NCBI GenBank assembly: GCA_934477125.1
Contig: CAKSOL010000004.1
Span: 106,664-170,663, forward strand
DNA: 64,000 nucleotides
Direction: 5' to 3'
DNA from: an uncultured Eubacteriales bacterium
GTDB lineage: Bacteria > Bacillota > Clostridia > Oscillospirales > Acutalibacteraceae
The notes beneath the pieces are model-generated. The model was not told the DNA's origin and did not search any database. It worked only from the letters and a program-made list of their open reading frames with translations. Shown here in pieces: positions 1-9,547 of this stretch (positions are counted from its first letter, which is position 1; every line of letters starts with the position of its first letter). The translations under genes and the position numbers were made by a program.

Positions 1-604
1 CCCCGGCTGTCACCGCTTTTAAAAATTCGAGCGCGTTATCGGTTCTTTCCGCGGCGGTCAAGATTTTCATCCGGCTGTTATCCGAGGAATAGCCCTCGCA
101 GTCATAAACAACCGGGTATGAAACGGAATAGCCCTTTATCGCCGAGAGAGTCCAGCCTGCTTCCTCGGCAGCCTCCGCCGGGCTGACGGCGGTTGAAAAG
201 AAATAAACGCCGGTAAGTATTCCTGCCTTTTCAGCCTGCTGCAAATTATAATCGGCGTTTGCGTCCTTATATATTTTACCGTTTTCACCGCGGAAGCCTA
301 TGCGGATAAAGGCAAAGTCTATCCCGGCGGCGCGGACGGCTGACCAGTTTATTGCGCCCTGCCATTTGGAAACGTCAATCCCGTTAGCCGCGCCCTTTTT
401 CGCCGTCATATGCTCTGCGGTTACGGTTTCTCCCGTTTCTCCGCTCTTTTCGGCGTTTTCCGGGTCGGTCATATCGCCGTCGGCAGCAGCGGCGGCAGGC
501 AGCCTTTCGGCGGCGCTTGAATTATTCTTCTTTCCGCAGGCGGCAAGGGAAAAAAGCATCAGCGCCGCCGAAAGAATACAAAAAATTCTTTTGGTTTCAG
601 CCAT
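1..604 (-). CDS. GH25-family lysozyme (muramidase) lipoprotein, C-terminus truncated by window edge
   Basis: Minus-strand ORF starting ATG at ~604 (MAETKRIFCILSAALMLFSLAACGKK, a lipobox signal peptide) followed by the GH25 motif GIDVSKWQGAINW and DFAFIRIG. It has no stop within the window, so it is absent from the ORF track. The 300-614 plus-strand ORF is its antisense. Confidence 0.7.
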   Translation of the reverse strand, partial: MAETKRIFCILSAALMLFSLAACGKKNNSSAAERLPAAAAADGDMTDPENAEKSGETGETVTAEHMTAKKGAANGIDVSKWQGAINWSAVRAAGIDFAFIRIGFRGENGKIYKDANADYNLQQAEKAGILTGVYFFSTAVSPAEAAEEAGWTLSAIKGYSVSYPVVYDCEGYSSDNSRMKILTAAERTDNALEFLKAVTAG

Positions 605-661
605 TATTTTATAACTTCCGTTCCTTGAATTTATTGCGGTCAGGCAAAATCCCGTTTTCTG

Positions 662-689
662 CGTCTGACATCTAACTTCTAACGTCTAA
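662..689 (+). repeat. NNTCTAA heptamer tandem array (4 units)
   Basis: CGTCTGA-CATCTAA-CTTCTAA-CGTCTAA, in the intergenic region upstream of the lysozyme gene and overlapping the stop of ORF 686-1225. Confidence 0.8.
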
Positions 690-1225
690 ATTCCAAGCTC
701 GCGCGCGTATTTCCTTATTTCGGAGAGGAACCAGCAGTAAACCGCCTCGCCGAGCTCCTGAAATATCGGGTCACCGTCGTGAGAACAGAGCATAGCAAAG
801 GTTTGTCCCATACGGCGGTCTATGTCTCCGCCCCGGCGGAACGCAAGATAATAGAAAGAAAACGCGCCGGTATCGGACGACGAACGGTAAAGCTCATCGT
901 CGGTTTTGCGCAATGTATCGAGAAAGCTTTTCTGCGCGATACCGTCCAGCTGGTCGTTATTGCAGCAAAGCTCAAAGCCGACAGTCGCCGTAAAGGAAAG
1001 CAGCAGCCGACGCTGAAGTATCATTTCATAATTTCCGTTTTCATCGTCCCCTGAGCCGGTTTCGCGCGCGTCCTCAACAAATCTTGCGGCAACCCTTCTG
1101 CCGAGCTCCACAGCCGCCGCTGCCTGTTCGGGAGAGCAGCCGGGAGGGGTATCGCCGGCGCGGCGCCTTTTCATCTCAAGCGAGGGCTTATCCCCCGCAA
1201 TTTTAATATCCTTATCGGAATCCAA
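686..1225 (-). CDS. hypothetical protein
   Basis: 179-aa ORF in the gene-dense minus-strand run upstream of the TSCPD gene. No recognisable motif. Confidence 0.45.
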   Translation of the reverse strand: MDSDKDIKIAGDKPSLEMKRRRAGDTPPGCSPEQAAAAVELGRRVAARFVEDARETGSGDDENGNYEMILQRRLLLSFTATVGFELCCNNDQLDGIAQKSFLDTLRKTDDELYRSSSDTGAFSFYYLAFRRGGDIDRRMGQTFAMLCSHDGDPIFQELGEAVYCWFLSEIRKYARELGI

Positions 1226-1231
1226 TCTTCA

Positions 1232-1483
1232 TCACCCTTTGCGCTTATATTCCTTTAAAGCCTCCGCCAGCTGCGCGGGACAGGAGGTATCCTTAAAGCC
1301 GCATTTGATACTGTCGAGGCGGGATATAACGTCGTCTACCTTCATTCCCCTGACAAGCGAGCCTATTCCCTTCAGATTTCCGTTGCAGCCGCCTGTAAAG
1401 GCAACGTCCTGCAGGGTGTCGCCCTCAACCTCAATATCAATTTTCCGGGAGCATACTCCCTTTGGTATATATGAAAATTTCAT
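1232..1483 (-). CDS. TSCPD domain-containing small protein (TIGR03905-like)
   Basis: 83 aa with a literal TSCP motif (KDTSCPAQLAEAL) and a GGCNGN segment typical of this family. Confidence 0.65.
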   Translation of the reverse strand: MKFSYIPKGVCSRKIDIEVEGDTLQDVAFTGGCNGNLKGIGSLVRGMKVDDVISRLDSIKCGFKDTSCPAQLAEALKEYKRKG

Positions 1484-1504
1484 CGCGAATATTCCTTTCC
1501 TTTT

Positions 1505-2575
1505 TTATCTGTCCTTAAATTTATTGCTTCTTACCGGATGTCTCAGCTTTCTCAGCGCCTTAGCCTCAATCTGACGTATTCTCTCTCTCGTTACGTTAAA
1601 TTCGCTGCCGACCTCCTCAAGCGTATGGCAGCGGCCGTCCTGCAAGCCGAAACGCAGTCTGATAACAGCCTCCTCCCTCGGAGAGAGGGTTTTGAGAACG
1701 GTATCGATATCCTCGTTTGTTATAGTTTTCAAAGCCGCCTCATCCGGCGCCAGAGCGTCCTCATCGCGGATAAAGTCCATAAGCCGGGAGTCCTCCTCAG
1801 GGCCTATCGGCGTTTCCATCGAAACCGGCTCCTGCGCAACGCGCATTATCTCGCGGACGCGCTCAACCGGCAGCTCCATCTTTTTGGCGATAAGCTCCTC
1901 GCTCGGCTCGTAGCCGTTTTCATGAAGCAGCTGGCTCTGAATCTTTTTAAGCCGGTTTATCGTTTCGACCATATGAACCGGTATGCGGATAGTCCTTGCC
2001 TGGTCGGCTATGGCGCGGGTTATTGCCTGCCTTATCCACCATGTTGCATATGTTGAAAATTTAAAGCCCTTGGTATAATCAAATTTATCGACAGCCTTTA
2101 TAAGACCGACGTTGCCCTCCTGGATAAGGTCGAGGAAATACATTCCCCTGCCGACATATTTCTTCGCGATACTTACGACCAGCCGCAGGTTTGCCTCGGT
2201 AAGGCGCTGCTTTGCGCGTTCGTCGCCCTCGGAGATTTTAACCGCAAGCTGAATTTCCTCGTCGCTCGTAAGCAGAGGAACCCTGCCTATCTCTCTCAGA
2301 TACATCTTAACCGGGTCGTCAAGGGACATATTATCGAAATTCAGGTCGTCCTGAAGATTTTCGATATCCACTTCCTCAAGCTTCAGGTCGTCGTCGGTCG
2401 GACCCTCCTCAAGGTCGATATCCAGAGTCGGCGGAACGGTGAAAAGCTCGTCGAGATCCTCCGGTCCGTTTTCAATCTCGTCTATCGAGTTGCTTTTGGA
2501 CTCCAAAAGCTCGTCCTGAGCCTCATCAAAGCCCTCGGCAGCAGTTTTTCCGTTCTTGTTTTTTACGTCGTCCAT
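1505..2575 (-). CDS. rpoD: RNA polymerase sigma factor RpoD/SigA
   Basis: Sigma-70 regions 2-4 are present ([43 protein letters not shown]). Acidic N-terminal region. Last gene of the dgt-dnaG-rpoD operon. Confidence 0.95.
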   Translation of the reverse strand: MDDVKNKNGKTAAEGFDEAQDELLESKSNSIDEIENGPEDLDELFTVPPTLDIDLEEGPTDDDLKLEEVDIENLQDDLNFDNMSLDDPVKMYLREIGRVPLLTSDEEIQLAVKISEGDERAKQRLTEANLRLVVSIAKKYVGRGMYFLDLIQEGNVGLIKAVDKFDYTKGFKFSTYATWWIRQAITRAIADQARTIRIPVHMVETINRLKKIQSQLLHENGYEPSEELIAKKMELPVERVREIMRVAQEPVSMETPIGPEEDSRLMDFIRDEDALAPDEAALKTITNEDIDTVLKTLSPREEAVIRLRFGLQDGRCHTLEEVGSEFNVTRERIRQIEAKALRKLRHPVRSNKFKDR

Positions 2576-2579
2576 TCTC

Positions 2580-4349
2580 TTATTGTCCTTTCTTGTTTTT
2601 GATTATCTGAGTAAGGCTTGCCGCCCAGTCCTCAACTGAGCAATCCTTTAAAGAGGGCTGATTTTTGATACTGCTCTCCTGTAATATAACCGCAATCGAG
2701 TCTTTTAATACGGTTTTGGCATTATTATTGCCCTTTTCGCCGTTTTGCAGCGACACAAGATACCCGATTTCGGCATCGTTCAGCATATCTCCGAAATACG
2801 AAACGTCCGGCAGAAAGCCCTTTTCAACCGTTTCGAGCAGCCGCTCGTATATCCTGCGGTTAAGCGAGGTCAGCATTTTTTCGGGCGGCAGCTGCTCCGC
2901 GGCGGTTTCGCATAAATCGGGGTGTCTCAGCAGCACGGCGATAACCGTTTCCTCAGCTGCCGTTCCCCTGACATTTCCGCGCCGTTCGGGGTTTATATCG
3001 TCCTTTGAAAATTTCGGAGAAATAACGGCGCTTATTTGCTTTTTTCTTCTCTGCTCGGCGTTAGTTTTCCGCAGCTCGGAAATTTTGCTTTCAAGCGCCG
3101 TCCGCGATACTCCGAACTGCTCGCAAAGCCTGCCGGTATACATATCCCTTGCGATATCGTCGCCGGTTGAGGCGAGAATTGCCGCGGCGCGGGTAAGGTA
3201 TTGCAGCTTGCCGTCGTCGCTCTCGGTGTTGATTTCGTGAGCCAGACCCAAAAGCTTATATTCAATTTCGCTTACCGCGCCCTCAAGCAGCGCCGCGAAC
3301 CGGCTCGCGCCGTTCTTTTTTATAAATTCGTCGGGGTCCTTGCCGTCCGGAACGACGACTATTCTTACCTCAAGTCCGGTGTCCTTTAATACCTCCCCGG
3401 CTCTGCGAACCGCCTTCTGACCGGCGGCGTCGGCGTCCATCGTAAGCACGATTTCCTTTGTATACCGGCTTATGAGCTTTGCCTGTTCGGGAGTAAATGA
3501 GGTTCCGAGAGCCGCAACGGTATTCTTAAAGCCTGCCTGATGCAGCGATACAACGTCCATATTCCCCTCAACGAGAATTATTCTGTCGGCGCAAGCCGTT
3601 TTCGCAAAATTCATTCCGAAAAGGTTCTCGCTCTTTTTATAAACCGGGGTGTCGGAGGTGTTGACGTATTTGCCGCCGTGGGTATCGTCACCCGGCATCG
3701 CTCTGCCGCTGAAGCCGATAACGTTTCCCCGGATATTTATTATCGGGAACATAACCCGGCGGCGGAAGCGGTCGTAAAACGAGCCGCGCTCGCTTTTTCC
3801 GATAACGTTTGCCTGGAGCATATCCGCCTCGTCAAAGCCCTTTGAGCGCAGGTGTTTAATAAGAGCGTCCCAGGAATCGGGAGCAGCTCCGAGACCGAAA
3901 TGCTTTATGGTTGAAACGTTCAGTCCGCGCCCGGTAAGGTAATCCAAAGCCCATTTCCCCTGAGGGGACATCAGATAGGAATGATAAAATCTTGCCGTTT
4001 CGCGGTTGATATCGTATATCGTATTTTTAAGGCGCTGCATCGAGTCGTCGTAGCCGTTCTCCGGCAGGGCGACGCCCGACCGCTCCGCAAGCAGTCTTAC
4101 CGCCTCGATATAATCGAGGTTTTCGATAAGCTTTGTAAAGGTGAAAACATCGCCGCCGACTCCGCAGCCGAAGCAATAAAACGAGCCGTTTTCGGGGTAA
4201 ACGGTAAATGACGGGGTTTTCTCGTTATGAAACGGGCACAGCCCGACAAGGTTTTTGCCCCTCCTTTTCAGGTTCACATAGGGCGATATTACCGCCTCGA
4301 TATCGTTTCTGTATTTAATTTCATTGATAACTTCCTCGGAAATAGGCAA
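2580..4349 (-). CDS. dnaG: DNA primase
   Basis: Zinc-ribbon motif [13 protein letters not shown] and a TOPRIM region ([13 protein letters not shown]). Confidence 0.95.
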   Translation of the reverse strand: MPISEEVINEIKYRNDIEAVISPYVNLKRRGKNLVGLCPFHNEKTPSFTVYPENGSFYCFGCGVGGDVFTFTKLIENLDYIEAVRLLAERSGVALPENGYDDSMQRLKNTIYDINRETARFYHSYLMSPQGKWALDYLTGRGLNVSTIKHFGLGAAPDSWDALIKHLRSKGFDEADMLQANVIGKSERGSFYDRFRRRVMFPIINIRGNVIGFSGRAMPGDDTHGGKYVNTSDTPVYKKSENLFGMNFAKTACADRIILVEGNMDVVSLHQAGFKNTVAALGTSFTPEQAKLISRYTKEIVLTMDADAAGQKAVRRAGEVLKDTGLEVRIVVVPDGKDPDEFIKKNGASRFAALLEGAVSEIEYKLLGLAHEINTESDDGKLQYLTRAAAILASTGDDIARDMYTGRLCEQFGVSRTALESKISELRKTNAEQRRKKQISAVISPKFSKDDINPERRGNVRGTAAEETVIAVLLRHPDLCETAAEQLPPEKMLTSLNRRIYERLLETVEKGFLPDVSYFGDMLNDAEIGYLVSLQNGEKGNNNAKTVLKDSIAVILQESSIKNQPSLKDCSVEDWAASLTQIIKNKKGQ

Positions 4350-4367
4350 AATACCACCTCTTTTTTA

Positions 4368-5393
4368 TCACAGATTCCAGGATTTCGGGATATAGATATC
4401 CGAATACGCCGTAACGGCATAATGGTCGGTCATTCCGGCGATATAGTCGGTAACGGCGCGCCCGACGCCCTCGCGCTCGCAAATCGCCGTATATTCGCAG
4501 GACATTTTTTCCGGGTGGCCGCTGAAATATCCGAAAAGTCCGGCGACTATTCCGAAAACCTTTTCCTCCTCCGATTTCGCGGCAGGGTTTAGGTAAACCT
4601 CGGAATATAAGAATTTATGGAGCATATCATAGTATTTTTCGGTCACCGCGTCCATCCTTATATCCTCGCCGCTGTTTTCGATAATCGAATGAACAAGCGA
4701 GCTTATGCGTTCGCTCTTTGTTGCGCCGAGATGCTCGGTTATCTCGCGCGGCAGCTGCTCCGCGGTTATTATTCCGCCGCGAACCGCGTCGTCGATATCG
4801 TGGTTTATGTAAGCCACCCTGTCGCACACCCGCACGACGCGCCCCTCAAGGGTATGCGCCCATTCGCCGCGCGTATGGTGAAGTATACCGTCGAGCACCT
4901 CGGCGGTAAGGTTAAGCCCGGCGCCGTTTTTTTCGAGCCTTTCGCAGACCCTGACGCTCTGCTCAAAATGGGTAAATCCGCCGTTCAGCAGCTCGTTCAG
5001 CGCGCGTTCGCCGGCGTGACCGAACGGGGTATGACCGAGGTCGTGTCCCAAAGCAATCGCCTCGGTTAAATCCTCATTGAGCCGCAGCGCGCGCGATACG
5101 GTACGCGCAATCTGGGCAACCTCCAGCGTATGGGTAAGGCGTGTGCGGTAATGGTCGGATTCGGGAGAAAGGAAAACCTGCGTTTTATGCTTGAGCCGGC
5201 GGAACGCCTTGCAATGGATAATACGGTCGCGGTCGCGCTGAAAGTCGGTTCTCAGGTCGCACTTTTCCTCCGCGCGCTTTCTGCCCCTGCTTTCAGCCGA
5301 AAGAGCCGCGAGGGGCGAAAGAGTTTGACGCTCCAGCTGCTCGGTTCTCTGTCTTACATTCTGCATAAGCTCACCTCCGAAAAAGCCCTTCAC
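4368..5393 (-). CDS. dgt: dGTP triphosphohydrolase-like HD-domain protein
   Basis: HD motif (RTRLTHTLEVAQIAR...GHDLGHTPFGH) and a dGTPase-like N-terminus. Sits upstream of dnaG as in many Clostridia. Confidence 0.85.
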   Translation of the reverse strand: MKGFFGGELMQNVRQRTEQLERQTLSPLAALSAESRGRKRAEEKCDLRTDFQRDRDRIIHCKAFRRLKHKTQVFLSPESDHYRTRLTHTLEVAQIARTVSRALRLNEDLTEAIALGHDLGHTPFGHAGERALNELLNGGFTHFEQSVRVCERLEKNGAGLNLTAEVLDGILHHTRGEWAHTLEGRVVRVCDRVAYINHDIDDAVRGGIITAEQLPREITEHLGATKSERISSLVHSIIENSGEDIRMDAVTEKYYDMLHKFLYSEVYLNPAAKSEEEKVFGIVAGLFGYFSGHPEKMSCEYTAICEREGVGRAVTDYIAGMTDHYAVTAYSDIYIPKSWNL

Positions 5394-5443
5394 TACTTAT
5401 ATTCGCCGAAAAATCCGCAATTCCTCTTTTTTATTGCGAAAAT

Positions 5444-6079
5444 CTAAGAATTTTCATTTTCCGGCTCTGCGAAATACCCGATTTTCTCATCTTCTGCCGA
5501 AAGGCGACCCGAAAAGGCCTCGCAAAGCTTTGAAAGAAAATTTTCCTTTTCCTCCAAGCAAAACGACGCCTTAATAACAACATTTTCTCCGAATGAGGTA
5601 TCCGAAACCGAGCCGCCGCAGTCCGAAATAAGTCTTGAAAGTCGGGGGTGCTCGGAATAGGAGCAGGCAAGAGAATAGGTAACTCCCTGCCGCATAACAA
5701 CCGGCTTTGCGGCGAGAACCGCCTCGCGGGCGGCTGAGGAATACGCTCTTACAAGTCCGCCGGTTCCGAGGAGGGTTCCCCCGAAATAGCGCGTAACGCT
5801 GAGCAGGGCGCCGCAGATGCCGGAGCCTGCAAGGGTATCGAAAACCGGCTTTCCGGCTGTGCCGTGAGGCTCGCCGTCGTCCGAAAAGCGTGCCGCGCCG
5901 TCGGTCAGGACATAAGCATAGACATTATGCCGCGCGTCCCAGTATTCCTGTTTCAGCCGCGACATTATTTCCGCCGCCTGTTCGGCGCTTTCGCAGGGAA
6001 CGAGCCGCGCCAGAAAACGGGAGCGCTTTTCCTCATATTCCCCGAACGAGGGGGATAAAACAGTTTTATATTCCTTCAT
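5444..6079 (-). CDS. yigZ: YigZ/IMPACT family protein
   Basis: UPF0029 signature (RFSDDGEPHGTAGKP ... GGTLLGTGGLVRAY). Confidence 0.8.
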   Translation of the reverse strand: MKEYKTVLSPSFGEYEEKRSRFLARLVPCESAEQAAEIMSRLKQEYWDARHNVYAYVLTDGAARFSDDGEPHGTAGKPVFDTLAGSGICGALLSVTRYFGGTLLGTGGLVRAYSSAAREAVLAAKPVVMRQGVTYSLACSYSEHPRLSRLISDCGGSVSDTSFGENVVIKASFCLEEKENFLSKLCEAFSGRLSAEDEKIGYFAEPENENS

Positions 6080-6132
6080 TTCTCCGATAAAAAACGCGGC
6101 CGTCCCTCAGGACAGCCGCGATATTCGCATAA

Positions 6133-6339
6133 TTATTTGTCTTCAATACCAAAACGCTTCTTAAATCTGTCAACACGACCGCCGGTATCGACCAGCTTCT
6201 GTTTACCTGTAAAAAACGGATGACATTTTGAGCAAATATCCAAACGAATGTCCTTTTTGGTTGAACGGGTTTCAAATTCTGCGCCGCAGGCACACTTAAC
6301 CGTTACCTTTTCATACTGAGGATGAATTCCTTCCTTCAT
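6133..6339 (-). CDS. rpmE: 50S ribosomal protein L31
   Basis: [27 protein letters not shown]...[10 protein letters not shown]. The start was moved to the internal Met of the 83-aa ORF to match the canonical L31 N-terminus. Confidence 0.9.
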   Translation of the reverse strand: MKEGIHPQYEKVTVKCACGAEFETRSTKKDIRLDICSKCHPFFTGKQKLVDTGGRVDRFKKRFGIEDK

Positions 6340-6432
6340 CGTTGTCACCTCTTTCTTACTCTTGTCACCATAAAATAATATCATACCGAATACAAAAATG
6401 CAAGGTATTTTTTAAAATTTTGCAAAAAAACC

Positions 6433-7047
6433 TCATTTTCCGTCCAAAAAGTGCTTTAAATCCTCAAAAATCTCTACTGTTTTGAACTTCATAACGTATT
6501 TTTGAGGCTGTTCGGCTATATCGCAGGCGGACTGCGGAACGCCGTCGGACAAGCGCGCCTCGGCTGCCGGAACGCAGACGGCAGGAAAAACTACGCACCA
6601 CCAGTTTTTGCCCCCGCCCTTTCCGAGCCTTACTATCAGGGAGCGGTATGTCCCGGCAGGCAGAGTAAAGCCGTCGTAATCCCGGTTTTCAAAATACGCG
6701 TCGCCTATCTCGACCGAGGCGGTATATTCAAAGCCTTTTTCCGCGAGAACGCGGTTCGCGGCGGCGGTCAGTCTGCCGGTATTCTCCCGCGCGCTTTTTT
6801 CGGCAGAGGAAAGGTCGGAGCTGTTTAAAAATATTTCGTCCGTTTCCTCAAGCAGCGCATCCCTTACGGCGATTTTAACCGCCTGATCCTCGGCGGAATC
6901 GGAATTTGCCCGGATATGGAGCCTGAGAACACCGCCGCGCAGGCTGTCGCAGGCGGCGTCGAACCGAGCCATACTCAGAGCCGCCGCGCAGATAAGTCCG
7001 AACAGCAGCGCAAGCTCTATGTTTCTTCTTTTTATTCTTATTTTCAC
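6433..7047 (-). CDS. spoIIR: stage II sporulation protein R
   Basis: N-terminal signal/TM segment followed by the LRLHIRANSDS motif characteristic of SpoIIR. Confidence 0.75.
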   Translation of the reverse strand: MKIRIKRRNIELALLFGLICAAALSMARFDAACDSLRGGVLRLHIRANSDSAEDQAVKIAVRDALLEETDEIFLNSSDLSSAEKSARENTGRLTAAANRVLAEKGFEYTASVEIGDAYFENRDYDGFTLPAGTYRSLIVRLGKGGGKNWWCVVFPAVCVPAAEARLSDGVPQSACDIAEQPQKYVMKFKTVEIFEDLKHFLDGK

Positions 7048-7102
7048 TTTTGTTTCCTCCGTTCATAGGTATCTGAACAGAGGATTGACAATTTTCCGGA
7101 TT

Positions 7103-7975
7103 TTATTCAAATTCCGTTCCGCAGTCCGCGCTCCGCACGGCAAAGGCCTTAAAGCCGGCTGAAGAAATCCTTAAAGCCGCGCTTTCCGCCGATTCCTTGG
7201 TTTCAAACACTCCGAAAGCCGCCGGACCGCTGCCCGAAAGGCTGACTGTCCGCGCGCCGTTTTCCCTTAAAAGTCCGAAAACCGGAGAGGTCCGATAAGC
7301 GAACATAAAGGCGTTTCCGCAGCAGCGCAGAGCGGCGTCCGCTCCGCCGCCCGCAAGCATCCTGATAAATTTCGGGGTATACAAGGCTCTGACCGGAACA
7401 TACGGAGAATTGACCGCCGCATCCAGTCTCGAATACATCTGAGCGGTTGATTTTTTCGTTCCGGCGTTCGCCGTAACGAACCAAAGCTCTCCGATAAACG
7501 GCATTTTTTTGATTTTTTCGCCTATTCCGCCGACCCTTGCCGTTCCGCCGCTTATGCAAAACGGAATGTCCGCACCTATCCTGAGCGAAAGCGCCCGCAT
7601 TTCCTCCTCCGAAAGACCGGCGCCGTAAAGCGCGTTGAGTCCCTTTAAAACCGCCGCCGCGTCCGCGCTGCCGCCGCCGAGCCCTGCGGGGTAGGGAATA
7701 TTTTTTTCGATAAATATTTCCGCACCGCCGGAAAGTCCGGTTTTTTCAAAAAACAGCCGCGCCGCCGAAAAGGCGATATTATTTTCGCCGCAGAGCGAGC
7801 TGTCGGAGGAGCTGACCACGATTTCCGACGATTTTTCCACCGTTACGGTATCATAAAGCGACACCGACTGCATAACCGAATCGATAAGGTGGTAGCCGTC
7901 AGCCCGTCTGCCGGTGATATCAAGTGTAAGATTAAGCTTTGCATATGCCCTCAGCTTCACTCGGTTCCCTCCCAT
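7103..7975 (-). CDS. ispE: 4-diphosphocytidyl-2-C-methyl-D-erythritol kinase
   Basis: GHMP kinase with AKLNLTLDI and PAGLGGGSADAAA motifs. Confidence 0.9.
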   Translation of the reverse strand: MGGNRVKLRAYAKLNLTLDITGRRADGYHLIDSVMQSVSLYDTVTVEKSSEIVVSSSDSSLCGENNIAFSAARLFFEKTGLSGGAEIFIEKNIPYPAGLGGGSADAAAVLKGLNALYGAGLSEEEMRALSLRIGADIPFCISGGTARVGGIGEKIKKMPFIGELWFVTANAGTKKSTAQMYSRLDAAVNSPYVPVRALYTPKFIRMLAGGGADAALRCCGNAFMFAYRTSPVFGLLRENGARTVSLSGSGPAAFGVFETKESAESAALRISSAGFKAFAVRSADCGTEFE

Positions 7976-8676
7976 ACTCCGAAGGTAAGGCGGCTCAGAA
8001 GTCCGCCGGCAGGCTTTGACCTGAACAGGAAAAACGCCGCCATCGCGCCCAGAACGTTCAGTATATAATCGTCGATATCCGAAGAACCGGTAAGCAGAAC
8101 CGCCTGAAGAATTTCAACCGCGACCACAACCGCGGAAATGAGCGCAAAAAACCGCCCCGCCTTTCTGAATTTTCCGAAAAGCAGCGGAATAAAAAAGGCA
8201 AACGGCATAAAAACCGCGAGATTGCCCATAAGATTTTCCGCAAGCGCCGAAAAGGAGAGCGCGCCGCAGCGCCAGCCGCGGATAAAAAGCCTGACCGTTG
8301 CAAAGGGAATCAGGTTGGTATTATTCTTCAGATATTCGGAAATCTGCTCAGGCGAGCGGGTAAAGATATTTGAAATTTTTCTTCCGAAGCTGTTGTCTAT
8401 AAGAGTGAAATCGGCAACAACCAGCAAATAAGCCGCAAACAGGAAAATCAGGGTGCGTCTCATAATCCGGTGAGCCGTTTCTGGACTTTCGGTCTGAACG
8501 CAGCGTATCGCGGTAGCTGCGTATCCGCATATAAACACAAGAAACGCGGTTATGAATTTGGCAAAGTGAGAAAAACGGCCGTCCGGCAGGATATCTATTC
8601 CCACAAGGCAGCAAAAGGACGTAACACTCACAAAATACATAACGGCGGATAGTGCTGCAAGCGGTCTTGCACGCAA
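7957..8676 (-). CDS. VanZ-family membrane protein
   Basis: Multi-TM protein with VanZ-like conserved segments (NLIPFATV, NLAVFMPFAFF). Confidence 0.6.
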   Translation of the reverse strand: MRARPLAALSAVMYFVSVTSFCCLVGIDILPDGRFSHFAKFITAFLVFICGYAATAIRCVQTESPETAHRIMRRTLIFLFAAYLLVVADFTLIDNSFGRKISNIFTRSPEQISEYLKNNTNLIPFATVRLFIRGWRCGALSFSALAENLMGNLAVFMPFAFFIPLLFGKFRKAGRFFALISAVVVAVEILQAVLLTGSSDIDDYILNVLGAMAAFFLFRSKPAGGLLSRLTFGVWEGTE

Positions 8677-8694
8677 TTAAATCACCGCCAGGAA

Positions 8695-8730
8695 ATTTAA
8701 AAATACAGCGGTTCTGTCCGAGCCGCTGTA
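8695..8730 (-). terminator. rho-independent terminator after sugar phosphate isomerase gene
   Basis: Minus-strand ACAGCGGCUCGGACAGAACCGCUGU hairpin followed by AUUUUU. Confidence 0.65.
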
Positions 8731-8758
8731 TTTATTGTAACCCGATACAGACCGGGTG

Positions 8759-9544
8759 TCAAGTCTCAATTACTCCGCCGCCGAAATTTTTGAGCGAGGA
8801 GAACACCTCGCGCTCGTCGCTGTATGCCCAGCGGTAGACCTCTATCATAGCCGAGCCGCAAAAGCCGCAGTCCTCCGCCGCGCGGAAAAGCGCGGAGAAA
8901 TCGTATTCCCCGTCCCCCGGAAGCAGGCAGTCCTTTTCGGCGTTATGGTCGCTTATATGAAGATGGCGGACGTTTTTCCCCACCGCGTCAAGCATATCCT
9001 GAGGAGTATATCCGCCGCGCAGGCACTGCTTAACATCGAGACAGAACGCCGCGCGGTCACCGAGCTGAGCAACCATATTTTTCAGGAAATCAAGGCTGCT
9101 CGCGCGGTATTTCGCAACGTTTTCCTGCAAAAGAACCGCGCCGTTTTGAGCGACAGCGTCGGATATGCGCAGAAAACGTTCGCAGTACTGATTATCGTCG
9201 AGAACGCCGTTGGGCTTTCCGCCGTGCATTATAACATATTTCGCTCCGAGCCGGGCGGCAATCTCGCCGTAGCGCTTATACCAGTCAAGTCCCTCGTGAA
9301 GCCGGCGGTCATACGCGGAAAAGAGCATAAACGATTCTGCAAGCGACATCGTGGGGTGAACCGAGCGGACGGCTGTGCCGTAATAATCGCTTATTCCTTT
9401 AAGCTCGCTTACGAAATCGGCGCCGAGCTCGCTTAAAGCATTGAAAAAAATCTCGGTTGCCTTAACGCCGTTTTTTCCGATAAGCTCAAGCGCTCTCTCG
9501 GTTTCAAGAGGATAAAAACAGGAGGTCGATATCCCTACTTCCAT
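8759..9544 (-). CDS. sugar phosphate isomerase/epimerase (xylose isomerase-like TIM barrel)
   Basis: AP endonuclease 2 / xylose-isomerase-like fold motifs (VIMHGG, LLQENV, HLHISDHN). Confidence 0.7.
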   Translation of the reverse strand: MEVGISTSCFYPLETERALELIGKNGVKATEIFFNALSELGADFVSELKGISDYYGTAVRSVHPTMSLAESFMLFSAYDRRLHEGLDWYKRYGEIAARLGAKYVIMHGGKPNGVLDDNQYCERFLRISDAVAQNGAVLLQENVAKYRASSLDFLKNMVAQLGDRAAFCLDVKQCLRGGYTPQDMLDAVGKNVRHLHISDHNAEKDCLLPGDGEYDFSALFRAAEDCGFCGSAMIEVYRWAYSDEREVFSSLKNFGGGVIET

Positions 9545-9547
9545 TTT

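Noticed and set aside
300-614. 104-aa plus-strand ORF
   Set aside because: It is antisense to the N-terminal half of a GH25 lysozyme lipoprotein gene that runs off the window on the minus strand. It has low-complexity Ala/Ser composition and no RBS.
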